64,000 nt of DNA from Eledone cirrhosa. Taxonomy: Eukaryota. Every line of letters starts with the position of its first letter. Within the stretch, counting starts at the first letter, position 1. The notes beneath the pieces were generated by a model. It saw only the letters and a program-made list of their open reading frames with translations. It ran no database searches and was not told the origin of the DNA. The DNA is taken from positions 261,578,001 to 261,642,000 of the forward strand of contig OZ024740.1 of NCBI GenBank assembly GCA_964016885.1. The letters are read 5' to 3'. Positions 27,467 through 41,921 of the stretch are shown here, piece by piece. Position numbers and translations under genes: made by a program.

Positions 27467-27987
27467 TGAACACTTACACAAGAGACAATGACAATTACCT
27501 TTCCTTTGCCAACCCTGCCAACGGGAAGATGGTCAGTCAATAATAAACCCAAAACTAAAAGAGAGGACATACATCATACATACATACACACACACATACA
27601 TACATACATACATACATACATACATACATACATACATACATACATACACACATGATGGCTGCCCCCTCGTTATCGAGTATGGCCATTGCACGAAAAAAAA
27701 AAATATATATACATATATATTAACAATAATAATAATACTTTCTTTATTAACCACAAGGGTTTACATAAAGTAGACATTAAGGACAGTACAGGACAATACA
27801 GTACGGTACAAATGGACATTTCTGCGTGTAAAAAACAAAAACAGAGGATGTAACAAAAAAATAACAATGAAAAATTCCCCAATAGGGAGGATACTTCGGA
27901 GGGACATTTGTGGAGAAAGCCCAGTAAAAGGCCACAGTGACCCTGACCACCAAGGCAAGTGCCCTCTCCCAGTTTTCCACCTTTAAT

Positions 27988-30900
27988 TTACAGATATATA
28001 CTCAGAGTAGGCCCATTCACTCGGGCCATTCTTGCTTCTCTCACCCATCTTTCAACAAAATACTGGGAAGAGAGCACTTCTCTCTCTACTCTGATTTTCC
28101 TTTTCAAATGAAATTTGAAAAAGTTAATCAGGGCATCACCGAAGAGGTAAGTGCTCGTCTTCAGCCCTTTCAAACGTGTCCACCATACTATCTCTTTCGC
28201 CATGGCCACCAGACAGATAAAAACTGCCTGCCCTTCCCGGCTAAAGGAGGAGGGCGGGGTAATCCTCACGATGGACTCAGATGATAGCCGGATCCGTCCT
28301 ACACACGACAGCAGGTGTTCGACATAAACCCACAAGTCAGCAATTTTCGGACACTGGACGAGTGCGTGCAGGTCGGTTTCGTCGCCCTGCGCGCATCTCG
28401 GACATGCCCGGCTGACGGCACCTCCATGCCTGTAGAGTTTATCCCAAACTGGCTAGGCTCCTCGGTAGCACTGCCAGGCCAGAGATTTCTGGAAGTTGTC
28501 CATAGGCCCTGGCCCGAAAATTCTTCCGAAGAGATTGGCTAGTTGATTTTCGTCGACGCCTAGAGTTTCCCCAAGTACGTCGTCGCTCTTCCCCTCCACT
28601 AATCCTCTATAGAACGCCGAGGTGGAGTTTCCACCGATCACATTGCCCGATTGGTTGAGGGCTGTGAGCGCCTGAAGACATTCCGTCTCCAGGCGCTCCC
28701 TCTCGGTCTTCGCTTGACCCAGGACTGCAGCTCCGTCAAGGAAACGAGCTGGGGAAATACGTGTCTAGCAAACGGCGACCACACCTGATCACCGTCGAGG
28801 AAGAGGTGGAGATGTCGTAGCCTGAGCGCGTGCCTGCGCATCATCAGCCACGGCATGCCCAGCCCTCCACGTAGCGGGTGTTGACAACAGATTCGACCGC
28901 CTGACCATCGGAGCGCGTCCCTTCGACAAAAAGCGAAAGAGCAAACGCTCCAGCGCAGTCGGGCGGGGATTAGGACAAGGTACGACGGTCAGGAGGTAGC
29001 AGATGACGGACGCGATGTACGCGTTAGCCACCTCCGCTCGACCTTTCAGGGATAGCTTCCTCTCAGCCCATTTCTGGGTGAGAGAAGCCACCCTGCTCGT
29101 CACCTCGTCCCAGTTTTTGTCCGTCTGGAGGTCCGGATCGAACCAGACCCCTAGCAATTTTACCGGTCCGTCCGTCCAGCGCCCGACGACGCTGTTGGAC
29201 GGCATGGACCTGCCTCTCCAGGTGCCGAGCTGCAGGCCCACTGACTTTTCCTGGTTAATCATTGCTCCTGTCACCGCTTCGTATTCTCTTAGTGTAGTCC
29301 CGATCGCCGCGATGTGTTTGGCGTTCGACACCACAACGGTGACATCGTCCGCATATGCTGACACGGATCTTCCGCATCCTAGTTCGCGCGGGACGCCCTT
29401 CAACGCCTCCAGTTTGTGCAGTAATGGCTCGAGAATCAATACGTACAAGAGGGACGAGAGGGGACATCCTTGGCGGACCGAGCGCATGATGTTGAACGGT
29501 TCTGAAAGGTGACCGTTCACTATCAACACAGAGCAGATGTCGCTGTGCATGGCAGCGATCCAGCCTCTGAAGACGGGCCCATGCCAGCCGCCTTCAGGAC
29601 TGCCGCTAGGTAACGATGGTCGACTCTATCGAAGGCTTTGGACTGATCTAAATTGATCAAGGACCCACCCGTGCCAGGTTTCCTAGCTACGCTCTCTCCG
29701 ATGTATCGCATGAGGTGGAGGTTGTCGTGGATGGATCTGTCGGGAATGGCGTATGTCTGCTCCTCTCCCAGCAGACCAACAACGACAAGCGCCAACCTCT
29801 TTGCTAGCACCTTGGCCAAAATCTTGAACTCTGTGTTTAGCAGAGTTATGGGCCTGAAATTATCTATGTTATCCCCCTTGTTCGGATCCTTTCTCAACAG
29901 CGCCACCACTCCTCGGTTCACAGAGCTGGGAATTCTCCTGTTCTGTTGCCAGTTGCAATAGACGTCCGCCAAGAGGCCTCCGAACAAGTCTGGCATCTGT
30001 ACGTAAAGTTCATAGGGCAGACCATCCAAACCAGGCAATTTATCCCTTGTGCAGCCACTCATTGCCTCCCGTACTTCAGCGGCTGTTATCGGCTTTTCGC
30101 AACACTCCGCCTCAGTGGCCGAGAGCCGCGGCAGTCTGTCGAGGTAGACACTAAAGTCCATCCCTCGACCCGGCCCACCGCTGCCCCCGAACAGCTGAGC
30201 GATGTGTCGCTGAAAAGCTTCACACATTTGCCCGGGATCGAGTAGCATGCGCCCGTCGTGGTCCACCAAAGACCGGATCGTGGCTTTGTTGCCACGACGC
30301 GCCTCCGCCACTCGGGCCCATTGAACGGCTTTCGTCCCCTTGTGTCTGAGAGCACGCACCCTTGCTCTGACAACGCAGCCTTCGTGCTTTGCATTGAAGA
30401 ATTGGTCAAGGGCCAATTTCGCCGCAAGCACGTCGGTCGCAATGCCTTTGCTAAGCGCCTCGTCTAATTTTCTAATTAATTCTCCCTCTGCTCTATTTTT
30501 CTCCATTGCTAAAGCCTTACTAAATCTAATCGATTCTATTATAATCGCTCTTTTCAGAGCAAACCACCACTTGTTGTTGACGATGGCCCCCGTCAACGCC
30601 CGCTTAACTAGTTCGCTAATCCGGTCTCTGTAGGCCTTGCACGCTGGTAAGGACACGTTTAGCTTCCAGTAGCCGGGTCCTCGTCTATGAAGCCTATCTA
30701 AGTCAAGCACACAGATCACGAGTTTGTGGTCCGTGTAGCTGACTATCTTGAATTGTGGACAGCCTATGCTAGACCTATCTATTTCCCTACAAAATACTCT
30801 ATCTAGATATGATCCGGGTGACCCTATGCGGTTTGTCCATGTCCACATTGGCACATTCGGGAAATCCAATCGGTCAGACAATCGGTCAGACAGTTCAAAA

Positions 30901-31413
30901 CGCCTGAGCAGGTTGGTGAGGCTCTTGCACCCTCCCTCCTCTATCCGTTAAAACCACACAGTCTCAGCGTGCATCTAACACCCCGTTCCAGTCGCCCACT
31001 AACACTAAAGAGCGAGACGTTCCAAGAAAGGTCTCCAGACGCCGGAAGAAATCAGGCCGCCCTGCTCCTGTCGGGGCATAGACGGCCAATAACCTGAAAG
31101 CTTGCCCGTCTCCGCTGGTCACGTCCAGCACCACCAACTTACCTTCTGGGTCCAGGAAGATGGCCCGTATGCCGAGATCCAAACCTCTCCGTAAAAGCAC
31201 AGCAACTCCTCCCCCCGATCCAGGACGGTTGGGAGATGCGTACACATCGTAGCCGCCGAAGATCGGTGCGAAGGCCCGTGCTTCGGAGATTCTGGTCTCG
31301 CTGATGGCCACTACATCTATGTTTAGTGACCTGAGGTCGTTGAGCAGGTGACCCTGCTTCCATGACGACCCCAAGCCACGCGCATTTATACTGCCTATTC
31401 TGAGTGAGGTCAT
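27988..31413 (-). pseudogene. Tx1/L1 ORF2 (APE endonuclease + RT + C-terminal Cys domain), frameshifted
   Basis: SINARGL, VAISET, AVYAP, GDWN, SYLDRVF, TDHK, YWKLN, PGLDGLPYELY, FRPITLLN, DQSKAFDRVDH, VRQGCPLS, AYADD. Confidence 0.92.
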
Positions 31414-31715
31414 GTTGAAATGCAGTGGAAAAGATGGGAAAGACCACTAACCTTACTTTTCGTAGAGGAAGGATGGTTTCTCCATCCCTTTTCACTTGAT
31501 CGTCTGGTGAAGGGACCGTTGAATCGTCCCTTCGGCTGGTCGTCAGCTCTTCTGTGAGTATATCCGAATATATTCTCCGGTTGAGTGTCCCTCCTAGGTC
31601 TCTGAAATCACCAACTGCGTTGGGGAATTTCGTTTTAATGTTTGTGTATTGCTTCTGTGCTATTCTTACCAGGCTTATGTTTGTTAGTGTTTTGATTGGT
31701 GCTGGTATTATGTAG

Positions 31716-33005
31716 TCATGCTGTGAAATGTCTGTGTTCAATTATGTAAGTCATTAGTTTCTTGTGTGTATTTATTGCTGTGCATTTATTTTTCTGGAGG
31801 TGGGGTGTGGTTCTGCTATTTTCTTGTCGTTGTTGCTGGGTGTGTGTGTTTTGTTGTTGCGTTTGCGATGTTGGTGCTTCTGGTGGTGGTGTTGAAGGTG
31901 TTGTTGTCTGCGGTGTGGTTGCCGCCGGTGGTGATGGTGGTGCTAGTGTGGGTGGTGATGGTGTTGGTGGTGTTGCTGCTGTGAGTCTCTTTGCAGTAGC
32001 CTTTACCCTTTTTTCATTTCTTTCCTCCCTTTTCGAAGGCGACGATGCGCTGCTTCTGCGTTTGTGCCTTCTTGCGACCTTTTGCCATCCCTCTTCCACC
32101 TCACACTCCATGTCCGATTCAGCTGCAGTTGGTATTGCTGTTGTTGTTGTTAATACTTCCACTGCTGCTGCTGCTGTTCTTGATTTCCGTGGCGTGGGTA
32201 TGGGTGCCACGGACCTATCCTTCCTGGTTGCCGCCTGTCCTGTTGCTGGTGGCAGTGGAGCCAGTTTCGGAAGGAGGGGGGTTTTCTCCTTTCTCAGGGT
32301 CTTCTCATTGCAGAAGGCCCTGAGGTGAGTCTTCGATCCACAGCAAAAGCATTTCGGGCGTTTGCCCTCAACACTTATGGGCAGTTGAGTGCCGTTATCG
32401 AAGTCTATCACATCCGGGATAGCTTCGATGCACTCCTGGTTGGTTTGGATTAACATCTCAATGGAGGTGCCGACTCAATCTTCTCGTACTTTTTTCTGTA
32501 CTTGCAGTACAGTTGTTTTGTCCTCGATTCCGACGAGGACAGACGCGGTCAGTCAAGAAGGGGCCATCCTGCGGGGACACACACACACACGTGGGTCAGT
32601 TTGACCCTCACAATTTTTTGTCCGCAGTAGGAGGGCACCAACACCATTTCCTCTCTCCTTAGGGTCACTAAGGATTGAGCCTTTGCCTCCTGGGGTGTGG
32701 CAAAAAGTACGTCCACGGTGGCATATTTCTAGCCTCGGGTGATATGCGTTTTCCGCTGCCACACAGACCCTAAGGATGTTTGTATTTGAGCCTCTGTGGC
32801 ACTTTCAACCCTACGGGATTTTGTGCTTACTGTACGGTACGTCACCGTACAGTGCTGTTGGGTTTCGAAACATTTTTCGGCTGCTTTGCAGATTGCTCGG
32901 TGTCCAGTTTTCGTCACCATCTTCTTTGCTTCCTGTAATTCCTCATTTGTTATAAGGATGGTTTCCAGGTTCTTTGCGATACCTGCAAATGAGATTGGTT
33001 TTTCT

Positions 33006-33036
<31 letters not shown>

Positions 33037-33352
33037 CGTCAGAGCTGCTGTCACTTTTGTTGTTGCTGCTGGTACTACGACTGCCGCCACCGCTGTTGCT
33101 GTGGTTGTTGTTGTTGTTGCTGCTGCTGCTGTTGTTGTTGCTGTTGCTGCTAATGCTGTTGTTGTTTATGCTGCTGCTGATGCTGTTGCGGCTGCTACTG
33201 TTGTTTTCCTTGTCACTGTTGCTGCTGCTGCTGTTATTACGGCTGCTACTGCTATTATTCATGACGTCAGACGAATGAAATCGCTTTCCGTATTTACCGC
33301 ACACATTTTTCGTCGTTGTTGTCGTCGTGGAGAAATGTTCCACGTTTTGCAC
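31716..33352 (-). pseudogene. Tx1/L1 ORF1 (gag-like), frameshifted
   Basis: VEGKRPKCFCCGSKTHLRAFC zinc knuckle; N/S-rich N-terminus; WQKV..RHKRR motif. Confidence 0.8.
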
Positions 33353-33782
33353 GTGCTCTCGGAAACCATCAGAAACTATTTTTCTTTACTGGCGTCGCTT
33401 GCGAAAGAGAAGGGAAGGATAGAGACACATTTAGAGAAGACACATTTAGAGAGACACATTTAGAGAAGGGAGGGAGAGAGACAATCTTCTCTCTGATGTA
33501 GTGACGATTGAGGAAGAAGAAGACGGAAGGAGTGGGAGTGACTTGTGAACATTCTTTTTTGTAGCCATGTTTTTTTTTGGTTTAAAATAAATATTGGGCA
33601 CAAAACCCCAATAAACGGTTATTTAACCCCGAAGGTCTAAATAACGGACAGAAAGACCCCTCTCACGAGGAGGAGGGTGTTTTTGTCTATAAGTTGGTTA
33701 AAGTTTTAAACAATTTACAATTGTTATAGCGGTCAAAATTACTATACATTACAGAGCCGAGCCTCCGTCAACCATGGCATTC

Positions 33783-33835
<53 letters not shown>

Positions 33836-34779
33836 GGGAAGAAGACGCACGAGGTGGTAGAAGGTCATGAAATCGCTCCCGTAAGTTTTTGATTTTTAAC
33901 ATATTTAAATCAATTGTGAAATAACAATTCCTAGTACAAATCTTGCATAAACCACCGAATCAGGTCCCATAAAGTTTCGGATCCATATTATATTGTATCG
34001 CTCAAATATTCAATTTTGTATTATATATTTTGTATTAAAAAAAAGAAAATGGTTATAAATGGGAAAAAAACGCCTATATAGAACAGCCAAATAACAGCAA
34101 TTTGACCAACACCAAAAACTTGATACACCACCTATCCCATCACTCTAAATATAACAGCCAGATAACGGCAATTTCACCAGCATCATAATAATAATTACTA
34201 TTATTATTGTCTCAAATTTAAAAAAAATGTTTAATTCCAATTTTACGGGAATATGTCAACACAAAATATAATAAAAATATATATTAAACATACGAACACA
34301 AACTCATAGATACTACATATCAGTAACCACAACGCCACCGCTGCCACCACCCCACCCCATCCATCATTGCTACCACTATCCCATCGTCGCCGCCACCACT
34401 CCTTCAATGCTACCACCACTATTCCCCTGTTAACTTGAGAGAGAAAGAGGAAGGTGGCGGTATCACTAGACAAGGGAGAGGCTAGCAAAAGATATAAATA
34501 GATTGACTTAGTGACCTGGCCACCGGCCAAACGTCAACATAAACAACTATGGGACTGCTGGCTCACCCCTTCCTCACCAACAATATAAAAAGCCCCGGCA
34601 CCACCACCGACATAGCCAACAACAATAACAGCCAACTACAACAAAAAGTATATTATATTATTGTAATGCACTGGGTGATTGCTGGCCTTGTGCCTGGAGT
34701 GGAGACAATTATTAATAATTTCCTTCTTAAGCCACGCAATGCTCACATTAAGGAACCACTCATGATAATAACAATTTAA

Positions 34780-37700
34780 AAAAACAACAAAAAGAAAACC
34801 CCGTGACCAAGAAATACCGGGATGGCGGCCGGCGGGGAATAGCCGTGTCTCTAGGGGAGAACGACCCCTCTAGTCTTGGTTGACACTCGTTCTAGAAGTG
34901 GTAACACGAAATGATTACCCCTTGGCGGATAAGGATAAAACGCGACAAAATAAAGTAAATGTCTAATGATAAAATCTCATACCGGATCGGCCGTCACCCG
35001 GGTAAAAAAGGGCCGCGTCCCCCAGAGAGGAACCAGACTGGGGTCGAAAAATCAGCTAATGGTTCAAACCTTCCCATCACTTCAGAGCTGGAGACCTCCC
35101 ATAACCGGAATACTCCTACTGTTGGCCCTCCATGCTCACCACCAAAGAATCCAAAGAAAAAGAGAGAAAAATGGTCAAGGGAAGATAATAAAGAAGTCCT
35201 TGAGGCTTTCTACACTGCCATGTACTACCCATCAAATACATCGAACACAGAACAGACATATATCAACTGGAAAAAGAAACATCCCGAAAACAGAGGCTAT
35301 ATTGACAGTAACAAACTAGCCAATATACGAAGAAATATTGTAAGAAAAAAGTTACTAACTGATATAGAAATTGATCAGATCAAGCTATTAGCACAAAGTC
35401 AGCGAAGGGAAAATGAAACATGTGTCAGTGAAAACGAGGTAAACTGTAACACTTCGAACCCCAGGGTTGGGGCGGAATCACTGGCAACAGAACAAATTAA
35501 AGAAAGGATCGAAAAAGAGGAGGGAGTGCATGCTCAGGATGAAACTCCAAATGAAAATAATGAGATCGTAAATGATAAAGAAATGAATGAGAATGAACTT
35601 GCCAACTTGAAGGATGAAATTACGATCGAATGGATGAAAATGAAAGAATCTGACATGAGGCAACGAGACACCCTCCCTAAGATCCAAAACTCCAAACAGA
35701 ACCAAAAGATAATACACAAGACTAACATTATCATCACAAACAAACTAAACATTACTGATATAAATCATCTCTATTATGCATCGGCTAAAGTCACCACTCA
35801 CTTATGTGGAGTGAAGATGAAAAAACAAAGGAATTCCCACAAGAAATCTACTTGGCAAGAGAACATCAATCGCCAAATAAACCTTCTCCGATCTGACATA
35901 GAAATTTTAACAAACTATAAAGTAGGTGAACATGTTAAACAAACTAAACTTAGAAAATTGAAAAAAAAGTACAGTATAAAATCAACATGTGACATAGACA
36001 TGCTGATAGAAATAATCAAGCAAAAAGTGTCGGCCAAAGCTGCTCGTATAAGGCGCTTTGAAAAACGATCTAGATTCTATAAGGACAATAATATGTTCAA
36101 AAACAACCAAAGAAACTTCTACAGAAAAATTGGTAAGTCAACAATAACTGCTAAATCAATACCACCCAAGGAGGAAGTGCAAGAATTCTGGGAAAAGATC
36201 TGGGCCGAAGAAAAAGTTCATAACATACATACCCCATGGATAGACAGACAAATGAAAGATACAGCTCACCTTGAGGAACAAACATGGGAAAATATAACAG
36301 TTGAACAGTTGCGCTTGGCTCTAAGAAAAACCAGCAAATGGAAATCCCCAGGAAAAGTCAAAATACAAAACTTTTAGATAAATGCCTTCACAGAGTCTCA
36401 TGAGCTGTTAGCCCAACTTTACAATGAAATAGTTAAGGAGCCAGAAAAGATACCATCATGGCTAGTTAACGGCATTACATTCCTGCTTCCGAAGAATGAT
36501 GAGACAAACAATCCCAAAAATTACAGACCGATAACTTGCTTGACCACAATGTATAAAATTTTAACATCAGTCCTAACTGAATACACATATGACCACCTGA
36601 TAACAAATGACCTATTTCCCATTGAGCAGAAAGGGTGTAAACGAGGCTCATATGGCTGTAACAAAATGATACTGGAAGATTGTCATAATAGACACAAAAA
36701 TCTATCGATTGCTTGGATAGATTATAAAAAAGCATTCGATAGTTTGCCACACAGTTGGATTGAAAAATGTTTAGAGATTTTCAAAATATCCCCCGTTGTC
36801 AGGAGGTTTTTGTCATTCAGTATGAAGACATGGAAAACGACACTCCTTTTGAACAGTGAAACAAAATCACTGAAAACTGGAGAAGTTAATATTAATTGTG
36901 GAATTTTTCAGGGTGACTCTTTATCACCGCTTTTATTCTGCATCGCACTTATACCATTAAGTAAAATGCTCAATGAAACAAAACATGGATATAAAGTCTA
37001 TGACAAAACCATTAATCACCTGTTCTACATGGATGACCTGAAACTATTTGCAAAAAATGATGAACAATTGCAAGGGCTATTATCCACTGTGAAGCAGTTC
37101 AGTGATGACATTAAAATGGAGTTTGGACTAGATAAATGCGCCAAAGCAACGTTCACCAGAGGAAAGCTGCTGAAGAGTTCAGACATTAATCTTGATCGGG
37201 GGAACGTGATAAGAGAACTTGATCAAGAAAAAACTTACAAATATCTAGGTGTTTGTGAAGGAGACGGAATCAAGCACTCGACAATGAGGGAAAGGATAAG
37301 GAAGGAATGTTACCGCAGAGTAAGAGCAATCTTAAGAACGGAATTGAATGCAAGGAATAGGATCGATGCCATAAATACGCTTGCCATACCAGTAGTAACC
37401 TACAGTTACAATGTCATCAACTGGTCAAGCACAGAGATCCGTAGGCTCGATACAAAATTTCGAAAATTCTTAACCATGCACAGAATGCATCACCCTAAGG
37501 CAGATATAGATAGAATATATCTCCCTAGGAAAGAAGGAGGACGTGGGTTAATCCAGTTAGAAATTGCGTTGAAAACTGCAACAATTGGATTATCTACATA
37601 TCTAAGGGAATCACATGATTGGATGATCAAACTCGTTTTGAAACACGAAAGCATCAAAAGATCATATTCCATTACAAAAGATGCACACAGATACAGTAAT

Positions 37701-38745
37701 GGACTACAAATTTCAGAAGTTCCATTTACTGCTGAAATGGAAAACACAGAAAAAGCAAAGCAGGTAAAAGTAACTGCAAAGAAAGAACTGCTACAGAAAC
37801 AGGCTAAGAAATGGCAAGAAAAGCCTCTGTATGGAAAATACCCAGAGCGAGCTAACAATCCTGATGTTGACAAAACTTTAACCCATCAGTGGTTGGCATC
37901 CTCTGGACTGAAATCGGAGACTGAAGGACTGATTATATCGGCACAAGATCAGTGTCTGCCAACAAAAAATTACCAAGCCAACATAATAAAAAATGGGTGC
38001 AGCCCATTATGCCGTGTATGCAAAAAACAACCAGAGACCATTGACCATATAATTTCAATGTGCAGTCCTATAGCTCCAACCGAATACCTAAACAGGCATG
38101 ACAGAGCTGCACAATACATACATTGGATAATGTGTAAGCATTTTGACCTGCCCCATCAAAAGAATTGGTGGGAGAATCAACCACCTCCCATACTTGAAAA
38201 AGATCACATCTCAGTCTTGTGGAACTTTAGCATCCAAATAGACCGAAAAATAGATGCAAATAGACCTGATATAATATTGAAGGACTTTCAAAAGAGGGTA
38301 TGCCTGCTAATTGATATGTCTGTTCCAATAGACAAGAATGTATCTATAAAAACATTTGAAAAATTGAGCAAGTATAAGGACCTGGAGATAGAAATTGGAA
38401 AAATGTGGAAATTGAGAACTAAAACAATACCAGTGGTTGTAGGCGCTCTGGGAATGATACCTAAGGGGTCTAATGACTACTTATCGCAAATCCCAGGAAA
38501 CCCGCGTATAGGAGAAATACAAAAGATAGTACTAATGGGAACTGCCCATATACTAAGGAAGATTCTGTCAATATAAGTACATCACAAGTCTAAACACTAA
38601 AGATGCATGTGTGAATATGTATGTTCTTTCTTGAACATGGCGGACCTTGTTGTCTCTTGAGGTCACTGGTTGAGACTTGGTGATAACTCGTATGAACATA
38701 AAGCAAGATAAATGCAACTGTAATAATAATAATAATAATAATAAT
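34780..38745 (+). mobile_element. Near-complete R4/Dong-type LINE with (TAA)n tail
   Basis: Single long RT-REL frame, structured GC-rich 5' leader, 3' UTR ending in (TAA)n at 38721-38747. Confidence 0.88.
34959..38576 (+). pseudogene. R4/Dong RT + CCHC + PD-(D/E)xK restriction-like endonuclease; one in-frame TAG (36375) at a normally Trp codon
   Basis: ORFs 34959-36377 and 36540-38576 share a frame; NYRPITCL, IDYKKAFDS, GIFQGDSLSP, YMDDLKL, CRVC..ETIDHI..C, RHD, NRPDI, IDMS, EKLSKY. Confidence 0.92.
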
Positions 38746-39726
38746 AATGTTTTCTTTATTAACCACAAGGGTTTACATAAAGTAGACATTAAGGACAGTA
38801 CAGGACAATACAGGACGGTACAAAATGGGCATTTCTGCGTGTAAAAAAACAGAGGATGTAATAAAATAACAAAGAAAAATTCCCCAATAGGGGAGAGACT
38901 TCCGAGGCACATTTGTGGAGAAAGCCCATTAAAAGACCACAGTGACCCTGACCACCAGGGCAAGTGCCCTCTCCCAGTTTTCCACCTTTAATTTACAGAC
39001 ACATACTCAGAGAAGGCCCATTCATTCGGGCCATACTTGCTTCTCTCACCCATCTTTCAACAAAATGCTGGGAAGAGAGCACTTCCGTCTCTACCCTGAT
39101 TTTCCTTTTCAAATGAAATTTGAAAAAGTCAATCAGGGCATCACCGAAGAGGTAAGTGCTCGTCCTCAGCCCTTTCAAACGTGTCCACCATACTATCTCT
39201 TTCGCCATGGCCACCAGACAGATAAAAACTGCCTGCCCTTTCCGGCTAAAGGAAGAGGGCGGGGCAATCCTCACGATGGACTCAGATGATAGCTAGATCC
39301 GTCCTACACGCGACAGCAGGTGTTCGACATAAACCCACAAGTCAGCAATTCTCGGACACTGGACGAGTGCGTGCAGGACGGTTTCGTCGCCCTGCGCGCA
39401 TCTCGGACATGCCCGGCTGACGGCACCTCCATGCCTGTAGAGTTTATCCCCAACTGGCAAGGCTCCTCGGAAGCAGTGCCAGGCCAGGGATTTCTGGAAG
39501 TTGTCCATAGGCCACGGCCCGAAAGTTCTTCCGAAGAGATTGGCTAGTTGATTTTCGTCGACGCCTAGAGTTCCCCAAGTAGGTCGTCGCTCTTCCCCTC
39601 CACTAATCCTCTATAGAACGCCGAGGTGGCGTTTCCACCGATCACATTGCCCGATTGGTCGAGGGCTGTGAGCGCCTGAAGACATTCCAGTCTCCAAGCG
39701 CTCCCTCTCGGTCTTCGCTTGACCCA
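38721..39726 (-). mobile_element. 5'-truncated copy of the Tx1 LINE inserted in the R4 (TAA)n tail
   Basis: Closely matches 27721-28720; flanked by AATAATAAT on both sides. Confidence 0.9.
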
Positions 39727-39780
39727 ATAATAATATACATATACATATATACACACACACACGCACACACACAAACACAC

Positions 39781-39813
<33 letters not shown>

Positions 39814-39818
39814 AGCAA

Positions 39819-40005
39819 CTAACATCGCTGCGATCGAATGTGGCTTTTTAGCCCGGCCAATGATCTAAAATGTCTTGCACAGAGTCGGCAACCAAAACAT
39901 TCACTGGGAATAGCCGGCTGTGGCTGGAGTTCATATACTTTTGCATGTCGCTTGAGCCCTCTTGCTGACTTGCATTCTCTACCACATGCTTGGCAAGCAT
40001 GATGA
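39819..40005 (-). mobile_element. LINE (RTE-like) 3' fragment with two C2H2-type zinc fingers
   Basis: CQACGRECKSARGLKRH...CRLCARHFRSLAGLKSHIR. Confidence 0.55.
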
Positions 40006-40048
40006 GTACATACATACATACATACTCACATACACACATACACACGAG

Positions 40049-40340
40049 GACGTAGTATGGTCCGATGGTTGAGAAATTCCCTTCGCATTCATTAGGTTTA
40101 GGTTCGATTCTATTGCGTGGGATCTTCAGCAAGTGTCAGTTACCATTTATCTGTATCACGCTGAATAGCTCTGAAAATTAAGTTAAAGGTACACGTATCT
40201 GTGGAATTCGGCTCTGGGATTACTTGCCCTAGGATGACCCCAGTCAGTGAAATTCTTAGTCACTTGCACATTAATTTACCGCGCAAGCCGTTCTGTTGAA
40301 AAAACAACTGAAACACTCATCGTTGAAGTCGACGAAGGAT
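40049..40340 (+). mobile_element. Degenerate tRNA-derived SINE
   Basis: GGTTCGATTC B-box; TCACGCTGAAT...GTTAAAGGTACACGTATCTGTGGA body shared with 48374-48700. Confidence 0.55.
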
Positions 40341-41380
40341 CATTCCATTTCCATTCTACATACGCATGCATACACTCCCTCCCTTACACACACGCACTTA
40401 TGTATACTATACACATAAACACATACAACTATTCACTGCAAAAGCTGTAACAGTAGAAGATAGTGTTACGTGAGCAATTTGTAAAACGAAATCGTTTATC
40501 ATTATAAATTATATTTAATTATATCTTCATTATATTTTAAGTGAGCTGATGTAACTGATAATAATATAACATGTGTCCGACATACGTACACATATACGCG
40601 CATGCACACACATACACGCACACACACGCTCACATACATATACACTTACGCACACACACATACACACGCACATACACACATATACACGCATGCACTCACA
40701 CATACATACACGCAGAGACACACATGCACATACATATACACACACTCGCAAACAAACATTGATTCCAACACACAGAAAAAGTTCCTGCTATTTGAACGTT
40801 TTCATACCGAACCGCCCCTGGTTCTACAATAATGTTTGTTTTAAAGTGTTTATATTTATCTAATAATTGTATATTCAAAACATCTGATAAATAATGAAAA
40901 AAAAAAAAATGTTATGTTATTAAATCCTTTTGAAATTCTTGATTATTTTCAAAATTATTTGAAAATCATAGGTAGTAAATTTTTTTAATTAGAAATATAG
41001 TACAGAGAGGGTTAAATATTTCATATGAAAAATAAAACACCACCCCTAATTTATTATGCGGTAGGAATTTGTCACCATTAGCAGAATCAAATCCAAATGT
41101 ATGTCTTTCGTTTCTTTCTGAATTTCCCTATGACGTCATTGGTGTCATGCTGTAGTGGCCTTTCCTTTTCTCCGGTGGCGGGGAGAGGAGAGAGAGAGCC
41201 TTGCAATGCATTAATGACTGCTGGTTTTCTAAACATCACCTTGCCGAAGTGCCCACCCCGAGGAGGAAATTTCTAAGTGCAGATCCATATTCAGCAAAGA
41301 CTGAAGGGAGTCAAAGGTTATATATATGTCAAAATACGTGTGTTTATTTGTGTGCGCATGTGTGTGCATGTGTGTGTGTG

Positions 41381-41420
<40 letters not shown>

Positions 41421-41774
41421 CGTGTGTGTGTGTGTGTGTTCATATGCGTGTAGGTGGTAAGAAACTTTTAGGAGAGCTGAACAGCAGAAAATCTTCTTAC
41501 AGTCTAAGGGGGTCGGGCCTCACCCATGTCATGACTCCTCTCTCGACATTTAGCCATTCGGATATCAGAGACATGCCGTGTATTTAAATCGTATGGAGAT
41601 TTTGTTGACAGGATCTAGCTGAAACTCCTCTCCCTTGCCTCTGCTTTAAACTAATATTTAAATACCTACTTGTGTTTGGAAAAACGTTGGTATTTATGGT
41701 AGCGACGAGACGTTACAATGACTACCAACGTTTATATATATATGTGTATATATATAGACACACATATATAGGTG

Positions 41775-41831
<57 letters not shown>

Positions 41832-41882
41832 TAAGAAAAGTTGAAAATGCACATGCTATTTTTAATATCTATTTACAATGTT

Positions 41883-41921
<39 letters not shown>

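Larger units (their letters stand above)
27721..33500 (-). mobile_element. Full-length degraded L1/Tx1-clade LINE with (TTA)n 3' tail
   Basis: ORF1 with CCHC knuckle followed by ORF2 APE-RT; tail abuts aataataata at ~27725; 5' boundary approximate. Confidence 0.88.

Noticed and set aside
36375-36377. Programmed readthrough or selenocysteine recoding of in-frame stops in the R4 and PLE ORFs
   Set aside because: Stops are TAG/TAA replacing ordinary codons and co-occur with other lesions; simple decay is more likely.
39819-40019. Host C2H2 zinc-finger gene exon
   Set aside because: Lacks TGEKP linkers; matches the pattern of LINE C-terminal fingers and is flanked by microsatellites.
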